Shown here in pieces: positions 60,961-64,000 of a DNA stretch of 64,000 nucleotides. Each line of letters begins with the position of its first letter. Positions within the stretch are counted from its first letter, which is position 1. Source of the stretch: Heterodontus francisci (lineage: Eukaryota). A program made the translations under genes and the position numbers. The stretch lies in NCBI RefSeq assembly GCF_036365525.1, contig NC_090378.1, positions 121,567,593-121,631,592 of the forward strand, in the 5' to 3' direction. The notes beneath the pieces are model-generated. The model worked only from the letters and a program-made list of their open reading frames with translations. It did not search any database and was not told the origin of the DNA.

Positions 60961-61150
60961 TAAATGCACAGCTTCCCCAACATAAAACTGCAAGATAACT
61001 GGGGACCCTTCAACCACTAACTTATTTCGACAACAGGAATTCCACTCGGGTAGAAGACCCACCATTACTATCATATTTATCAGATAAAAGTGCAATAGAA
61101 GAGACAATTCTTCAGAAGATTTTCCAATTAGCACCCAACACTGACAGTAC

Positions 61151-61290
61151 CTCTGTAGAGAGAGTGGTTTAATCTTGGGTTTCTCAGTACCAGTGGAGTA
61201 CAGGTTTTTGATCTGCGGTTTGGTTGAGCAGGCCACATCAAGGTCTTTACTTAGTTCAGCCTGGGTCTTCTTAATAAATTCATCATAGGA
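61151..61290 (-). pseudogene. CEP350: CEP350 exon SYDEFIKKTQAELSKDLD..KPQIK..EKPKIKPL
   Basis: AG/GT boundaries, phase 0 to 2; matches recalled human SYDEFIKKTEAELSQDL..KPQIK..EKPKIKPL. Confidence 0.92.
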
Positions 61291-62081
61291 CTGGTGAAGA
61301 CAGAGACACAGAGAGACATGTGAGGTCAAACATTCTGATTTAAAGAACCACAAGTCAATCATAGTTTGCTAACTGCACCAGACAAACTGCAAAACCATTT
61401 CTGAATAAAAAAAGTGAATTTTAGCAGCAAGTAAAACTAATCACCCAAGTAAGTAACTAAAAAGATTAATGGGGGTGACAAAATACCTGGATGGTCATAT
61501 GGTGTCAAAACCAATCTGTTAGTTAAGGGTCCCCCCACCCTACCAAACACTTAACACACAAAATCCCAACACTACAACAACCTCTAATTATCCAGCATTT
61601 AATATAGCAAAATGCCCCGAACTGCTTTAACAAAGAAGAAGTGGGCATTGAGCAGGAGGGTGACAGCCTACGGAGAGGCTACCCAAGGTGCCATTGAAAA
61701 ACATAGATCTTCAGGAACCTCCTGAAAGTAGGAAGTGATGTGGCAATGCAGATGGATTTGGGAAATGGTTTTGAACGAGCTTTGGACATAATGTGGAAGA
61801 CTCTGCCACTAACGGTGGAGCAGAGACAGACCAAAAGAGAAAACCTATTTTTGAATAACATCTTTCTTGCCCGCCGGACATCCCAAAACACTTTATAGCC
61901 CTCAATGATTTTCTAATTAAAAATTGTAAAAGCATCTACTTTGTAGATGCTGAGTTGATTTTGAGAATATGAATTATGTGCAACTGGCTGAATTGCAGCT
62001 TCTGCAGTGACTGATGTTCTATCGCCAGCTGAAAACTGGCTAGACAGTGTGGGGTGTCAGGCCCTTCCACAATAGTCTCAC

Positions 62082-62523
62082 CTCCAGTTGTTTAAGGAGG
62101 CTAGCCTCCTGGGCTTTCAATCTCTCCTTCTGACGTTTCTTCTGTTCTTTTTTCAGCTTATCTGCCTGTGTGGAGTTTGCAAGTTCTCCCTGTGTCTGCG
62201 TGGGTTTCCTCTGGGTGCTCCGGTTTCCTCCCACATGCCAAAGACTTGCAGGTTGAGAGGTTAATTGGCCATTATAAATTGCCCCTAGTATAGGTAGGTG
62301 GTAGGGAAATATAGGGACAGGTGGGGATGTGGTAGGAATATGGAATTAGTGTAGGATTAGTATAAATGGGTGGTTGATGGTCGGCACAGACTCGGTGGGC
62401 TGAAGGGCCTGTTTCAGTGCTGTATCTCTAAACTAAACTTATCCACAATTGACTTGCGTTTCCTAAGCTCATCCTTCAGAGCACGGATTCTGCTTTCAAT
62501 ATCACTCTGGTCTGATGTTGTTT
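62082..62523 (-). pseudogene. CEP350: CEP350 coiled-coil exon interrupted by a SINE
   Basis: After removing the insert: 161-nt exon ETTSDQSDIESRIRALKDELRKRKSIVDKLKKEQKKRQKERLKAQEASLLKQLE, near-identical to recalled human CEP350. Confidence 0.93.
62163..62437 (+). mobile_element. 5'-truncated HE1/V-SINE in the CEP350 exon
   Basis: V-core and (CTAAA)n tail; TSD CTTATC at 62157-62162 and 62438-62443. Confidence 0.95.
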
Positions 62524-62939
62524 CTGTAAAGAATCCACTCAGGTTAAGATGATAACAGTTTTACTTACAACCACACTCATGTAGCAATAGCACTCAAAAT
62601 CAAATGCAGTAAGGGAAGGAATCCACTTTGAAACTCAATTATGTCCTATGTCCATGTGTTTAAAAACAGAGATAGTTATGCTTAGTCAAATCTCCAGTTA
62701 ACATGCATCCAGTCTCTGCACACTAACATTAACTGATAGAGATAAATGTAAATCCACATCTGTATAACTCCTAGATTCACTCATCATAACCTCTTCAGTA
62801 ACTGTAATCAGACCCGCAGTCCCGCTGTACACACTGACCGAGCGGACCCGCAGTCCTGCTGTAAACTCTGACTGTGTTGTGCACTGATCTGGTCAGACCC
62901 ACAGCAAGTCAAAAGGAACAGAAATTAGGAGCTAGTGGC

Positions 62940-63868
62940 TAAAAGCTTTGTGAAAGAAGCTGTTTTAAGGAGAATGCTTACGGAGAAGAACAATAGGGTT
63001 TTGAGGCAATTCCAGAATGTGGGGCCTAAATTTTGGGAAGTATGGCCATGAATGACGGGGAGAATGAAGGGACAGCAGGGGGTGGAAATGCACACGAGTT
63101 CAGCTCAAGAGTGCCTCGGAAGGTGGATGGAATCAGTGGCTATGTCAGTATTGGATGTCAGAGAAGCAGTGTTAGAAATCGGAAGCAGTGAAGGAGATGA
63201 AAGAGGTGGTGGTAAAAGCTGGTTGTTGCCACTGTACAAATGGAATCTTACTGTGCATTGGTTTATGTCCCCAAAGGACAGCATGTAGATGAGAAATAGG
63301 TAGGGGAAACCAAGATGTGGGAGCAGGAAGAGAAATCATTGCAGGTGATTCGCTGGCCACTACTGGAATGCTAGGAATGAAACCAGGTGAGGGCAGTCTC
63401 AGGCTGGATGACAGAGAAGCATTGGAGGAGGATGGTGTGGTCAACTGTGTCAAAGGCAGCAGACAGGTCGAGTAGGATGAGAAGTGATAATTAATGACAG
63501 TCACAATCATAAAGAATGCCATTTGTGACTTATTGACAAATGTTTCGATGCTGTGACAGGAATGGATACCTCACTGGAGAAGTTTAAACATGGAGCTGTG
63601 GGAAATTTGGGCAAGGATTTGGGAAGCAACAACACGTTCAAGAACTTTGGACAGGAAAGGGAAGTTGGAGATGGGCTGGTAGTTTGTAAGGACAGATGGA
63701 TCAAGTGTGGGTTTTTTGAGGAAGGGGGTGATGCCAGCATATTTGAAATGCTGTTGTATGTGACTTGGAAAGACACAAAAGGATGTGAGATTGGGATGGG
63801 AACCAGAATGTGAATGGAAAGGGAGGTGATCAGAAATGGTCGTATCTTTGATTGACGTGATGGGAGGT
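62940..63868 (-). mobile_element. L2-clade LINE RT fragment
   Basis: ITPFLKKPTLDPSVLTNYQPISNFPFLSKVLERVVASQI. Confidence 0.8.
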
Positions 63869-64000
63869 TTTTTTAATTCTTTCATGGAATGTGGGTGTCT
63901 CTGGCATGGCCAGCATTTGTTGCCCATGCCTAATTGCCATTTCAGAGGGCAGTTAAGAGTTAACCACATTGCTGTGGGTCTGGAGACACACATAGGCCAA
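63869..64000 (-). mobile_element. SINE 3' half sharing body and tail with the LINE at 47980-51236
   Basis: - strand TGGCCTATGTGTGTCTCCAGACCCACAGC..CTGAAATGGC|AATTAGGCATGGGCAACAAATGCTGGCC..CCATGAAAGAATTAAAAAA. Confidence 0.8.

Noticed and set aside
60676-61362. 228-aa ORF as a standalone gene
   Set aside because: Only 61151-61290 is a CEP350 exon; the rest is intron and antisense CR1.

Overview
Repeat-rich vertebrate genomic DNA from a cartilaginous fish (shark/ray), judged from the HE1/V-SINE, Deu-SINE, CR1, Penelope, RTE and Tx1 repeats and the Ig sequence. The core is a cluster-type immunoglobulin light-chain unit of the kappa-like class (type III/NS4-like) on the + strand. It has one unrearranged J with a 23-bp-spacer RSS (3695-3768), a ~10 kb TE-filled intron and an intact C exon (13757-14085). 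I find no V segment or 12-RSS anywhere in the window. Two retroelements hit functional parts of this unit: a Penelope copy whose target-site duplication lies inside the J-RSS nonamer, and a ~5.2 kb Tx1 element that splits a shark tandem-repeat unit inside the C 3'UTR. Further right are a decayed Gypsy LTR element, five minisatellites (all G-rich on the + strand), CR1/L2 LINEs, hAT MITEs and Harbinger Myb remnants. The right end holds a TSD-flanked single-ORF LINE with a tRNA/SINE-type Pol III head, an intronless MROH1-like pseudogene, and four spliced CEP350 exons (- strand), one broken by a SINE, with the rest of CEP350 missing. All family assignments are from motif recognition by eye; no searches were run.
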